From positions 1 through 54,321 of the IMG/VR virus record IMGVR_UViG_3300036985_004801: a DNA stretch of 54,321 bases. One strand, 5' to 3'. Origin of the DNA: a virus. Its lineage: Duplodnaviria; Caudoviricetes. Each line of letters starts with the position of its first letter. Within the stretch, counting starts at the first letter, position 1. The notes beneath the pieces were generated by a model that did no database searches, had not been told where the DNA came from, and saw only the letters and a program-made list of their open reading frames with translations. The position numbers were made by a program, and so were the translations under genes. Below, piece by piece: positions 1 through 9,215 of this stretch.

Positions 1-343
1 TCATAACTATATAGTTTAAGTAAATAAATAAATCCTTTAGGATTTAAGTTTATGTTCAAGCAATATATGAGCGACCTCTCTATGTAGATAGTAGATAGTA
101 CTCTGTCTTGTCTTCCTCTGCTCCTGGTTCCTGTCTGTTCTGTAGAAGATGAGAGGTTGTGAGTAGGTTGAGTGGTGTTGGTTGTGGTAGTACTTGACTA
201 CATTCTCTTCCCTGTGGATGTTTTTCTTGATTTTTCTCTCTGAATTTCAAGTCAACAAAATAATTTCATGGGGGGTACCACCTCGCTGCTTGCATGGGGG
301 GGAGTCAACTGGTAGAGATATATAACACACACACCTATAATTC

Positions 344-386
344 AATTCCACAATACCCAGTCATCATTTAATTCCACATTACCCAG
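344..386. repeat. 17-bp direct repeat AATTCCACA(A/T)TACCCAG x2
   Basis: Copies at 344-360 and 370-386, 16/17 identical. Confidence 0.85.
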
Positions 387-411
387 ATAGGGGGGGTATA
401 AAATATTTTGT

Positions 412-419
412 TATATTTG
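412..419 (+). promoter_or_regulatory. Bacteroidota housekeeping-type -7 box (TATATTTG)
   Basis: Matches TAnnTTTG, 18 nt upstream of ATG at 438. Confidence 0.65.
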
Positions 420-437
420 CTTCTAAAAATATAAGTT

Positions 438-575
438 ATGGCACAAAATATTCAGGGATCTAATTCCAAACTCTCTCCTAAAGTAAGCAGACCGGGAGTA
501 CATGCAAAGACTAAGAGTAGTAAGTCAAAAGGTAGTAAAAAGTATAAGAAACCATACCAAGGTCAGGGTAGGTAA
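438..575 (+). CDS. small basic protein, 45 aa (MAQNIQGSNSKLSPKVSRPGVHAKTKSSKSKGSKKYKKPYQGQGR)
   Basis: Not in ORF track; translated by hand. ATG follows promoter box and A-rich leader; K-rich, ends in YxGQGR as seen in small phage basic proteins. Confidence 0.75.
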   Translation: MAQNIQGSNSKLSPKVSRPGVHAKTKSSKSKGSKKYKKPYQGQGR

Positions 576-635
576 ATATACTAATATAGGGCACTTTTAA
601 GATCCTAGTACTGGTAAGGGTTTCAGAGGATTGGT

Positions 636-741
636 TGCACCCAAAAAGGTGCAGCTATAAACACATTCATTGAGATGTAGAGTGATGCATGCACCCAAAA
701 AGGTGCAAAAATAAATTATCATTTGCACCCAAAAAGGTGCA
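636..741. repeat. three identical palindromic 18-mers TGCACC-CAAAAA-GGTGCA (putative operator/iterons)
   Basis: Exact copies at 636-653, 690-707, 724-741; 6-bp inverted arms around a 6-bp spacer. Confidence 0.9.
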
Positions 742-759
742 CAGTGAATAAAAAATGAT

Positions 760-767
760 TATATTTG
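760..767 (+). promoter_or_regulatory. Bacteroidota-type -7 box (TATATTTG), possibly leaderless transcript
   Basis: TAnnTTTG only 4 nt before ATG at 772. Confidence 0.6.
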
Positions 768-771
768 TATC

Positions 772-999
772 ATGAGAAAAAAATATTTAAAGAACATTGA
801 ACCAGCAGACTCTAGGAAGTATACAGTAAAGGGTGATGATCAAGATACGTTTGGAATAATGACAGGTGTACTAATTAGATTTTCTTTTAGAGATAGACTT
901 CGTATTCTAATAGGTGGTTCTGTTGGTGTTGGTATCACTGTTGTTATTGATCAACCAGCTGCACCCATTAAGACACATCATAGTTGTGAGTTGTTATGA
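772..999 (+). CDS. hypothetical protein
   Basis: 75-aa ORF directly after promoter box; ATGA overlap with next gene. Confidence 0.7.
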   Translation: MRKKYLKNIEPADSRKYTVKGDDQDTFGIMTGVLIRFSFRDRLRILIGGSVGVGITVVIDQPAAPIKTHHSCELL

Positions 1000-1496
1000 T
1001 TATACCAATAGTAAGGAAGAAAAAGATTATAGGATCTGCTGTGGATACTGCTACAGGTGAGATTCATGTTGATGTAAGTTCTGTGAACTATGTTGATAAG
1101 GATCTTGTTATAGTGCATAGTGATGAATATGTCATTATTGATTCCAATGCCTTAGCTTATATTGTAGATAATTTTACTCCTGTTGATTACGGTAGAATAT
1201 TAAAGATGGCCAATATGACTAATGGTAGTTATAATATCTTGTATCAACAGAGGACTACTCCTCATACAGACACTACATTGATGGATGAGTTAAAGTATAC
1301 TAGAAATAAATATGCTGATTTCATGAAGAGATTGTATAAGAGAGGAGTAGTTTATTATATTAGTGGTGTAAAAGATGGTGTTGAGTTTAAACATATTATG
1401 TTGAATCCACACTTGGCTAGAAAGAGAAAGACTATTGCTAAAGATTGTCTAATTTATTTTAATGAGTTAACTCCTGTTAGGGCTAAAGTATTATGA
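996..1496 (+). CDS. RepL-like winged-helix DNA-binding/replication protein
   Basis: N-terminal VDxxTGEI, central HTH-like segment and C-terminal IMLNPHLARK resemble the RepL plasmid replication protein family, which occurs in crAss-like phages. Confidence 0.6.
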   Translation: MIIPIVRKKKIIGSAVDTATGEIHVDVSSVNYVDKDLVIVHSDEYVIIDSNALAYIVDNFTPVDYGRILKMANMTNGSYNILYQQRTTPHTDTTLMDELKYTRNKYADFMKRLYKRGVVYYISGVKDGVEFKHIMLNPHLARKRKTIAKDCLIYFNELTPVRAKVL

Positions 1497-1696
1497 GAAT
1501 TTTTATTGCTGTTATTGTATTGTCTTCTTGTGCGTCAACTGGTAGTATACATAATGCAGATCTAGTGAACGGTAATAAAAAAATGTTACACCAGGATTAT
1601 GTAATGAAAAAGAAGATGATACGTACTAGGGAATTAGCTACTGAAAAAACTAAAAGACTTAAGACAAGTAGAGTTAAACAATTATATGTAAGATAA
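1493..1696 (+). CDS. putative small lipoprotein
   Basis: MRIFIAVIVLSS-C: short hydrophobic signal with lipobox-like LSSC. Confidence 0.55.
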   Translation: MRIFIAVIVLSSCASTGSIHNADLVNGNKKMLHQDYVMKKKMIRTRELATEKTKRLKTSRVKQLYVR

Positions 1697-1697
1697 T

Positions 1698-2126
1698 ATG
1701 TGGATTTATAAAGGTGCTGAGTTTACTGAAGATATGATTCCTGAGGGATCAATAGGATTTATATATGAGATGCTGTCAATTATAGATGGTAAGTCTGTTA
1801 GATATATTGGTAAAAAGAATTTCTTTGCTGATGTAAAAACTAAGTTGAGTAAGAAAGCTCTACCTGCAGATAAACGATTGAAGACTTATACTAGAAAAAG
1901 AAAGTTTACTTATCAAAACTATTTCAGTAGTAATGACACTTTAAAAGATGCACATAAGAGAGGTATTCCAATTAGAAGAGAAATCACAATGATTTGCTAT
2001 AGTAAGCAGGAGTTATCATATTATGAATGCAAGTTCCAGTTTATACTAGGTGTACTGGAGAGTGATGAGTTCTTGAATGGAAATATATTAGGAAAATTTT
2101 ATAAACTAAAGTTATGTCAGCAATAA
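1698..2126 (+). CDS. GIY-YIG family endonuclease (T4 endonuclease II-like)
   Basis: GFIY...YIGKK motif, conserved E (YYEC) and N (FLNGNI). Confidence 0.75.
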   Translation: MWIYKGAEFTEDMIPEGSIGFIYEMLSIIDGKSVRYIGKKNFFADVKTKLSKKALPADKRLKTYTRKRKFTYQNYFSSNDTLKDAHKRGIPIRREITMICYSKQELSYYECKFQFILGVLESDEFLNGNILGKFYKLKLCQQ

Positions 2127-2296
2127 GAGATAGATTTATCAAGGAAGGATCCTATAATTATGAATGGGATTTCAAAGATGTTACAGAAGAAATAGAAAAT
2201 AGTAGTAAACTTTATATATCTAAAGAATATTTTTTAAATAGTATGTATGAGATTACAAAGATTATCTATAAGTATAATAAATCAAAATCAAAATAA
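2114..2296 (+). CDS. hypothetical protein
   Basis: 60-aa ORF filling the gap between neighbouring genes. Confidence 0.55.
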   Translation: MSAIRDRFIKEGSYNYEWDFKDVTEEIENSSKLYISKEYFLNSMYEITKIIYKYNKSKSK

Positions 2297-2298
2297 AT

Positions 2299-2580
2299 AT
2301 GGAATACGCAGGGAAATTGGTAATCATTGAGATGCCTACATTAGAAAAAGGAGTTGGAGCTATTGAATTATTAGCCGATGCACAAGCAGCAAAAGATGCT
2401 GAGTTTAGAAAGTCTTGGAACAGATTAAAAGTGGATGCAGTTGGACCTGAGGTTACATTCTGCAAACCTGGTGATCATGTATTAATTACACCAAAACAAT
2501 TATCTTATGCTGATCAATTTGAACTAAATGATAAAGTTTATTTTGTGATCCAAGAGTCACATTGTATTGGTAAACATTAA
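2299..2580 (+). CDS. GroES/Cpn10-like co-chaperonin
   Basis: 93 aa; VDAVGPEVTFCKPGDHVL matches the GroES VxAVG...VKxGDxVL pattern; C-terminal VIQESHCIG like 'ESDILA'. Confidence 0.7.
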   Translation: MEYAGKLVIIEMPTLEKGVGAIELLADAQAAKDAEFRKSWNRLKVDAVGPEVTFCKPGDHVLITPKQLSYADQFELNDKVYFVIQESHCIGKH

Positions 2581-2585
2581 TCAGT

Positions 2586-2616
2586 ATCCCTTGCATTAAG
2601 TTGTGAGGGATTTTTT
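2586..2616 (+). terminator. intrinsic terminator
   Basis: ATCCCTTGCA-loop-TGTGAGGGAT hairpin followed by T-run. Confidence 0.75.
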
Positions 2617-2619
2617 GTT

Positions 2620-2659
2620 TATATTTGTTGTATAAATGAAATGTTTTTTGTATATTATA
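2620..2659 (+). promoter_or_regulatory. tandem promoter elements: TATATTTG box (2620-2627) and TTTTGTATATTATA phage-type motif (2646-2659)
   Basis: Both motifs recur in other intergenic regions of this window. Confidence 0.55.
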
Positions 2660-2686
2660 TAATACTGTTTATTAAAATTTCTTATT

Positions 2687-3265
2687 ATGTCGATTATAAA
2701 TTCAGATGGTTTAAATGCTAACTGGCAATTAAATGTCCTTAAAGGTCTTTCTAGCATAAATGATAATGCACAAAATGTTATAAATATTGGTTCACAACTA
2801 AATTCAATTTTAGTTGCAATTCAAGCAGGAACAGATTATGAATCCGCAATTGTATTAGATGCTGCTGGTGTTACATGGTTAGAAATTAGAATTTATGATT
2901 CAGCTACAAGTACATTTAATCCTCCAGTTTATTATTTAGCAGGAACAAATACTCCAGGTACACCGCTTGCACCACTTACTTATGTAAATCCTAATACTTA
3001 CTTAGCTCAAATAGTAACTAATACAACAGCTGTTAGTAGAACTCCTGTTTACTTTAGAACAACTACATCAGGAACAATAGCTGCAGTAACATATAGCTTT
3101 TCTATAGCAAATGTAGGATCAGCTAATGGAACTTTCTTAGGCGATCCTATTAAACCAGGTGAATCAGTAAATTTTGGAGCTGATGGTATTAATAATTCTT
3201 ATGCTGCTTCTACATTTACATTTGATGGAACAGGTACTGAATTACTTATTACGTATAATTCATAA
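2687..3265 (+). CDS. putative virion structural protein
   Basis: 192 aa, T/S/G/A-rich beta-type composition; first gene of fibre/spike module. Confidence 0.6.
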   Translation: MSIINSDGLNANWQLNVLKGLSSINDNAQNVINIGSQLNSILVAIQAGTDYESAIVLDAAGVTWLEIRIYDSATSTFNPPVYYLAGTNTPGTPLAPLTYVNPNTYLAQIVTNTTAVSRTPVYFRTTTSGTIAAVTYSFSIANVGSANGTFLGDPIKPGESVNFGADGINNSYAASTFTFDGTGTELLITYNS

Positions 3266-3270
3266 TACGT

Positions 3271-3936
3271 ATGAGTACTCAGATTTCTACTAGAACTATA
3301 GTAAAAGATGAAGGTGCAACTGTGCCTTCTAATAATATTATAAATTTTATTGGATCTGGTGTTACTGTAAGTAGTGTTGGAGGTGCAGCCCAAGTAGATA
3401 TTCCAGGAAATGTTTCACCAACTACATTTGGTCTTTTTGCACAAACTGCAGATAGCACACCTGTAACTGGTACAATAGTAGAAACAACAATAATAGGAAC
3501 AGGAGTTGGTGGATTAACTGTACCTGCAAATGGATTTTCTATTGGAGATTCTTTTCAAGCATCTTTAGATGGCATACTTTCTTGCGTTGGAACAGCTACC
3601 CTTCATATTCACGTTAAGACTTTAGCAGGAGTTATCCTTGCCGATACAGGTATAATTGCTATGGATGCAACAACTTCAAAATCTTGGTTATTAAATTTAT
3701 ATTTTACAATAAGAAACATTGGTGCTACAACAGTTGCATCAATTTCATCAGGTGGTTTATTTTCTTATATTAAAAATGCAGGAACAAACTTTGAAGGCTA
3801 TGTATTAAGTAATATTAACAACACAACATTTAATACTACAATAAGCAACACATTGATAGTTACTGCACAATGGAATACAACTAATGCAGGTAATTCAATA
3901 GTTACAAGAAACTTTACACTTACAAAAATATTCTAA
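3271..3936 (+). CDS. putative fibre/spike-associated structural protein
   Basis: N-terminal DEG...INFIGSGVT segment resembles N-terminus of 5966..8878; T/G-rich. Confidence 0.6.
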   Translation: MSTQISTRTIVKDEGATVPSNNIINFIGSGVTVSSVGGAAQVDIPGNVSPTTFGLFAQTADSTPVTGTIVETTIIGTGVGGLTVPANGFSIGDSFQASLDGILSCVGTATLHIHVKTLAGVILADTGIIAMDATTSKSWLLNLYFTIRNIGATTVASISSGGLFSYIKNAGTNFEGYVLSNINNTTFNTTISNTLIVTAQWNTTNAGNSIVTRNFTLTKIF

Positions 3937-3955
3937 TAATAAATAAAACTATAAA

Positions 3956-5623
3956 ATGAAGGCACAAAATTCATCACCATTTGCTAGCATAATAGCTGGA
4001 AAAATGATTAAGAAAACTGTAGAACAATCTGACCTAGTTGTTTTAGGTACAAGGGATCCTAAATTTGGAGGAGGTTATAAATTTACTGCTATAGAATTTG
4101 ACGATTTACAAAAGCAGATAACTTCATTAATTCCAGTAACTTCTCCAGTAACTGCAGGTGTACAATCAGTTACTGGATTAGATACAGATAATACAGATCC
4201 ACTTAATCCTATTGTTCAAATATCTGTTGATGGAACTACTATAACAGGTGATGGAACTTCAGGTAATACTTTAATTGCTGCATATCAAGCTCCCTCAGTT
4301 GATGGTATTACAATTACTGGTGATGGATCTATTGGTAATCCATTAGTTGCAGCTAGTACAGGTGGTGCAGTTCTACATACAATTTATGCATTTGTTGATT
4401 TAATAAATGGTAATGATTCAACTGCTACTTTAGGAAATGAAGGTTTACCTTTTTACACTATTGCTGCAGCACAAGCGGCTTTAGTTGCATTTGGAGTATC
4501 AACCACTCAGCAAGGTTGTGTGTATCTAAGAAGCGGTGAATATACAGTATCTGTAACTTTAAAAACCAATATAATTACTTATTGTGAACCAGGAGTAATA
4601 TTCACATCAGGTGGATTTATTGATGATATTAATACTGTTAAAGCAATAGTATTAGGATATGGAGAATTTATTCAAAATGCTACACTTTACACTGGTCTTT
4701 ACGCTACAGATGTTTATATTGAAGCTCATTCATTAATTAAAACTGCAGGATATGGTACTAGAGGTATAAGTGTTATACCAAGTAATGGATGGTCTACAGT
4801 TACTGTTGTACTAGATAAATGTATATTAGGTACTACAGCTTATGATCTGATATTAAGAGGTCTTACAAATTTTAATTTTACATGTAAAACACAAGTTGAA
4901 TTTACATATAATATATGTACTGTTAATGCCAATGGAACTCAATCTGCAATTGGTAAATTTGTTATGACAGCACCAGCATGGTTATTTAAAACTGCAGGTT
5001 CTACATATCTTAAATATGCTATTAGACTTCAAGGTACTGCTTTAGGATTTGAATGGATAATGAATGGAGATATAATTTTTGAAGCAGCAAATAGTTCAGC
5101 TTTACTTATTTGGGCACTTTTAGGTTACGATGATACACTTACATTTAATGGTAATATAAATTTAGGAGCAGGAAATGGGGGTCAAGCATTAAACTCAAGT
5201 AATACAAAAGTTATTTTTAATAGTCCTACTTTTAAAGGAACTACATTTCTTATAAATGTTAATCAATTATTAAATGTACTATTTAATAAATGCAGGATTA
5301 TTAAACAATTAGGTACTGTAACACCAGCTTTCCAAGTTGGAAATTCAGCAAAATTAAACATGATTGGATGTCAATTTTTACAAGAAGATGTTGCTGCTGT
5401 TAATATGATAAATGTTAGTGCAACAGCAACTGAAGTAAATTTATTAAGAACAGATTGTGTCTTAACAGGATTAGGAGGATTTTTAATTAATTCTAATGCT
5501 GTTACTCCTTCTTTAGGAATAAAGAATAGTATTTCAAATGTTGCGGTTTCAAATGTAGTTCTATATAAATATGCAACAAATAATTTAGAAATAGAACCAT
5601 TATTAACATTACCAATTTATTAA
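3956..5623 (+). CDS. tail spike/fibre with probable parallel beta-helix (pectate-lyase-like) domain
   Basis: Two SVDGxTITGDGxxGNxLxAA fibre repeats, then FVDLINGND...PFYTIAAA...VYLRSGEY, the typical entry into a beta-helix. Confidence 0.65.
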   Translation: MKAQNSSPFASIIAGKMIKKTVEQSDLVVLGTRDPKFGGGYKFTAIEFDDLQKQITSLIPVTSPVTAGVQSVTGLDTDNTDPLNPIVQISVDGTTITGDGTSGNTLIAAYQAPSVDGITITGDGSIGNPLVAASTGGAVLHTIYAFVDLINGNDSTATLGNEGLPFYTIAAAQAALVAFGVSTTQQGCVYLRSGEYTVSVTLKTNIITYCEPGVIFTSGGFIDDINTVKAIVLGYGEFIQNATLYTGLYATDVYIEAHSLIKTAGYGTRGISVIPSNGWSTVTVVLDKCILGTTAYDLILRGLTNFNFTCKTQVEFTYNICTVNANGTQSAIGKFVMTAPAWLFKTAGSTYLKYAIRLQGTALGFEWIMNGDIIFEAANSSALLIWALLGYDDTLTFNGNINLGAGNGGQALNSSNTKVIFNSPTFKGTTFLINVNQLLNVLFNKCRIIKQLGTVTPAFQVGNSAKLNMIGCQFLQEDVAAVNMINVSATATEVNLLRTDCVLTGLGGFLINSNAVTPSLGIKNSISNVAVSNVVLYKYATNNLEIEPLLTLPIY

Positions 5624-5626
5624 ACC

Positions 5627-5944
5627 ATGGATATTAAAATAACAAATAATGTTTCTACACAAATTGAGGAAACAATTGTAGTTGACTTAGGTGCTCAGGA
5701 AATAGTATTGAAACCATCTGAAGAAAATAAAACAAATGCAAAAGCATTAACTGATTTTATTGCATACTTTAATACTAACTTTTTTACAGTAATTTTAGAT
5801 GCTCCATACTGGGCAAATATTGATCTAATTAGTTCAGTAGTTTCAGTTGAGAATACAGTACCAATTGAAATTAATTTTAATGATCTTCCAGCTAAGATTA
5901 AAAAAGTAATTGTAGAAATTAATACACATAGTTTTGCTGAATAG
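5627..5944 (+). CDS. hypothetical protein, possible spike chaperone
   Basis: Small acidic ORF directly after a spike gene. Confidence 0.5.
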   Translation: MDIKITNNVSTQIEETIVVDLGAQEIVLKPSEENKTNAKALTDFIAYFNTNFFTVILDAPYWANIDLISSVVSVENTVPIEINFNDLPAKIKKVIVEINTHSFAE

Positions 5945-5965
5945 TAAAACTTAAATAAGCATAAC

Positions 5966-8878
5966 ATGAGTACTGAAATAAATATAAAGAAAAAAATTTC
6001 TATTTTAGAAGAGTCTGTAGCAATTACTACTGATGTAAAAAGTATTGATTTTGTTGGTACAGGTGTAGTAGCAACTACAATAGGAGATGCTGTTACCGTT
6101 ACTATTAATGAGAATGTATTATTTTTTAACAGTTACAGTGCATTTCCAGCAATAGGTCTTGATGGATTTATGTATGTTGATAATACAGGTAATATAGCTT
6201 ATCTATGGGATACAGTAACTTCTACTTATGTCGTTGTAGGAGCGGGTCCAGCTATTCCTCCAGATCCTTCTTCTATTGCATTTGCAAATGCTGTAACTCA
6301 AGCTGTATTATTATACGCACCAATATATTATAATGGACTTGCTAATGATGGAGTTGGTGCAACTTTAACTGCAACAGCAAATGGTATAGTAAGTGATGGG
6401 AGTTTGCCTAATAAAATTGATACATTATATACTCCAGTTGCTACAGATATTGTTTTAGTAAAAAATCAAGCATTACAAAAACAAAATGGTCTATATGAAA
6501 TTACAATTGTTGGTTCAGCTTCTACTACTTATTTATTAACAAGAGTTGGAGATTATGATGAAACTTCAGAATTATATCCTTTACAAGTTAATGTATTACC
6601 TGGTGGATCAAATGGTTTAACTTTATATAATCAAACAACAGTAAATCCAATAGTTGGTACTAGTAATATTGTTTTTTTAACTACATCTGCATCAAACGGT
6701 TATGTTATTCCTACATATTTTGTTGATACTGTAACTACTGCTGCATTACCAACTTGTGTATATGCAAATGGAACAATCTATCCTGTAACAATACCAGGTT
6801 ATCTTGCTACTCTTACAGCTTCAGTAAATGGTGCATTAGGAACTATTAATGGTTTAACAGCTAATGTATCTACTATACCGGCTCTATCATTTTCTAAACT
6901 ATTAGTAAAGAATCAAGTTAATCCTGCACACAATGGTAGTTATGTTGTAATTAATGCTGGTAGTGCTACAACTAAATGGGTATTAAGAAGAATACATTAT
7001 ACATCAGCAGCTTTTGATAGATATTCTCAGAACTTTATGGTTTCTAATACGGGATCTACTAAAATTGGTAAGTATTATTTTACTTCTCCCAATGTTCCTA
7101 TTTTAACTAATGCTACTGTTGGAACAGCAGCAATTAATATTCTTGAGTATGGTGGTAGTGATGCAGGTTTAATTTATATTACAAATCAAACTACAGGTGT
7201 AGTAACATATTATACTACATTAGAACTTGCTTCTGCAGGTGCAGTTTCAGGAGATACTATTTATGTAAATACTGGAACTTATGTAGTAACTACAACTGCT
7301 GCTAATGGATTAAGTAAAAGTGGAGTTAATTGGTTTTTTCAACCAGGTACAATAGTATCTAAAGCAACGTCAGGACATATATTTAGTGATAATGGTTTTG
7401 CTCTTAATGCAAATGTATATGGAATGGGAACTTTTACTAAAGCAACTACTACAGGTAATATATTTTATAATACATTAGCTAATGCAATTTTTGAAGCAAA
7501 ATCAGTTACATCAAGTACAGCTGATTGTTTTGTAACAACTACTGCAAATAATCTATATTTCAATGTTAACTTTGCTACATCAAGTGGTGGTAGAGTTTTA
7601 CATATAGCTGGTTCTTCAACAAGTCGTATAAAAATTGATATGATTTCTTGGAGATCTACTGCAGCTAATTGTATAGGTGGAGGTACATGGTGGTATAATA
7701 CTGATGTTAAAGTAACTGGAGATTTATTAGAATCTACAACTGCACAAGCAGTAGGTAATTATAATAGTGGAGTTGTACTAGATTTAAAAATTACAAAAAT
7801 ACTTGGAGTAACTTATGCTGTATCTTCAGGTGATGGAGCTAATGGTTATCCAAACATTATAAATTGTAGTTATTGTACAGGTATATATGATGTTGGTAAA
7901 AATTATATTCTTAATGGTCAATTTGGTGCATTATATTATGGCGGTTCTAATGGTACTTTTGTTAATGGTGGAAGATTTTCAACAATAACTTTAGCAGGAG
8001 GTGGACATGTAATTACAACTCTTGGAACTAATCTTACAATGCCTTCACAAGGTACAATAACACAAAGTTCTGGTGTATTAGATGTAACTATTGATACTTT
8101 TCATTACGGTATTGGATTTACTATAACAGGAGGTGTTTGTAATATTGTAAATCAATCAGTTCAAAATCAATTATCCGGAGCATTAGATAGAATAGTAAAT
8201 GGTGGAACATTAAACTTATATACTAATTTTATTCATGGTGGAAATCCTGATTCTGGAGTATGGTATGCAATAAAATTACAATCAGGAACTTTAAGATTAT
8301 TAGCTTCAGTAAGAAATAACTTTAATACTGCTGCAAGTAATATTGGAGCACATGGAATTGTATGGGTTGGTGGTAAATTAATTATTGATAGATCAACTAT
8401 TTATATAACAGATACTGTTGCATTACCTATACAAGCAACAACTGCTGGTTTATCTTTAAGAGTTCTTACAGGAGGATTAAGTACTAATATTACAACTGAT
8501 GGAGGAGTATTACCTGGTAAAAAAATGAAATATAAATTTAATATAAGTGCAATTGCTGCAACAGGAATAAATATTTTCATACCATTATCTTATAATATTT
8601 CAGAATCAAATATTGGGGTATATAATACTAAAGCTCTTTTAGCACAAAGAATGGCTGCACTAATTAATGGTAGTCCATTTTTAAATGTTGCAGTAATTGC
8701 TACACAAGACATACCAGGAACTGATGAATACTTTTATATAGAAACATTAACAGCAGGTCCAGTGTTCTCATATAATACACCTGTTAATTTTTCAGCTATA
8801 ACTATTCAAAGATGGAACAGTTATGCAATAACAAATTTAACTGGAGGATCAATTTTAGAAAACATAAACGTAGAATAA
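5966..8878 (+). CDS. large tail spike/fibre with beta-helix depolymerase-like domain
   Basis: Two L(V/L)VKNQxxxxxNGxY fibre modules, then YYTTLELA...GDTIYVNTGTY beta-helix entry motif. Confidence 0.7.
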   Translation: MSTEINIKKKISILEESVAITTDVKSIDFVGTGVVATTIGDAVTVTINENVLFFNSYSAFPAIGLDGFMYVDNTGNIAYLWDTVTSTYVVVGAGPAIPPDPSSIAFANAVTQAVLLYAPIYYNGLANDGVGATLTATANGIVSDGSLPNKIDTLYTPVATDIVLVKNQALQKQNGLYEITIVGSASTTYLLTRVGDYDETSELYPLQVNVLPGGSNGLTLYNQTTVNPIVGTSNIVFLTTSASNGYVIPTYFVDTVTTAALPTCVYANGTIYPVTIPGYLATLTASVNGALGTINGLTANVSTIPALSFSKLLVKNQVNPAHNGSYVVINAGSATTKWVLRRIHYTSAAFDRYSQNFMVSNTGSTKIGKYYFTSPNVPILTNATVGTAAINILEYGGSDAGLIYITNQTTGVVTYYTTLELASAGAVSGDTIYVNTGTYVVTTTAANGLSKSGVNWFFQPGTIVSKATSGHIFSDNGFALNANVYGMGTFTKATTTGNIFYNTLANAIFEAKSVTSSTADCFVTTTANNLYFNVNFATSSGGRVLHIAGSSTSRIKIDMISWRSTAANCIGGGTWWYNTDVKVTGDLLESTTAQAVGNYNSGVVLDLKITKILGVTYAVSSGDGANGYPNIINCSYCTGIYDVGKNYILNGQFGALYYGGSNGTFVNGGRFSTITLAGGGHVITTLGTNLTMPSQGTITQSSGVLDVTIDTFHYGIGFTITGGVCNIVNQSVQNQLSGALDRIVNGGTLNLYTNFIHGGNPDSGVWYAIKLQSGTLRLLASVRNNFNTAASNIGAHGIVWVGGKLIIDRSTIYITDTVALPIQATTAGLSLRVLTGGLSTNITTDGGVLPGKKMKYKFNISAIAATGINIFIPLSYNISESNIGVYNTKALLAQRMAALINGSPFLNVAVIATQDIPGTDEYFYIETLTAGPVFSYNTPVNFSAITIQRWNSYAITNLTGGSILENINVE

Positions 8879-8879
8879 G

Positions 8880-9215
8880 ATGGAATTACAAAACATAGTA
8901 GTAGACTTTATAGAAAACACTACATCAACAATGTATCAAGATGTACATTATGATGTAGATGTTATGTCAGAAATTGAACCAGTTAAAATTGAATTTGAAC
9001 TAGCTTATGGTATTACCTTTGATAGAGCAGTAGTTCAATTAACAGAGGATCAACATTTATCTGAACCAAGAATACTTTGTCAAAAAGTAGATGAGCAAAC
9101 TATTATAACTATTGCAGATATTAGAGATAATCATCTAGCACTTATGTTAGAGTTAGAAAAGATAAGATTATTAATTGAGGAACAGTTACCTAATATTATA
9201 AGTAATGGCAATTAG
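8880..9215 (+). CDS. hypothetical protein, possible spike chaperone
   Basis: Small acidic ORF directly after second spike gene. Confidence 0.5.
   Translation: MELQNIVVDFIENTTSTMYQDVHYDVDVMSEIEPVKIEFELAYGITFDRAVVQLTEDQHLSEPRILCQKVDEQTIITIADIRDNHLALMLELEKIRLLIEEQLPNIISNGN

Noticed and set aside
267-396. G-quadruplex
   Set aside because: Only three G-runs with the third ~90 nt away; not a canonical four-tract pattern, so kept only as part of the boundary-region finding.
636-741. Mini CRISPR array
   Set aside because: Repeats are only 18 bp with unequal spacers (36 and 16 nt) and no cas genes; an operator/iteron reading fits better.
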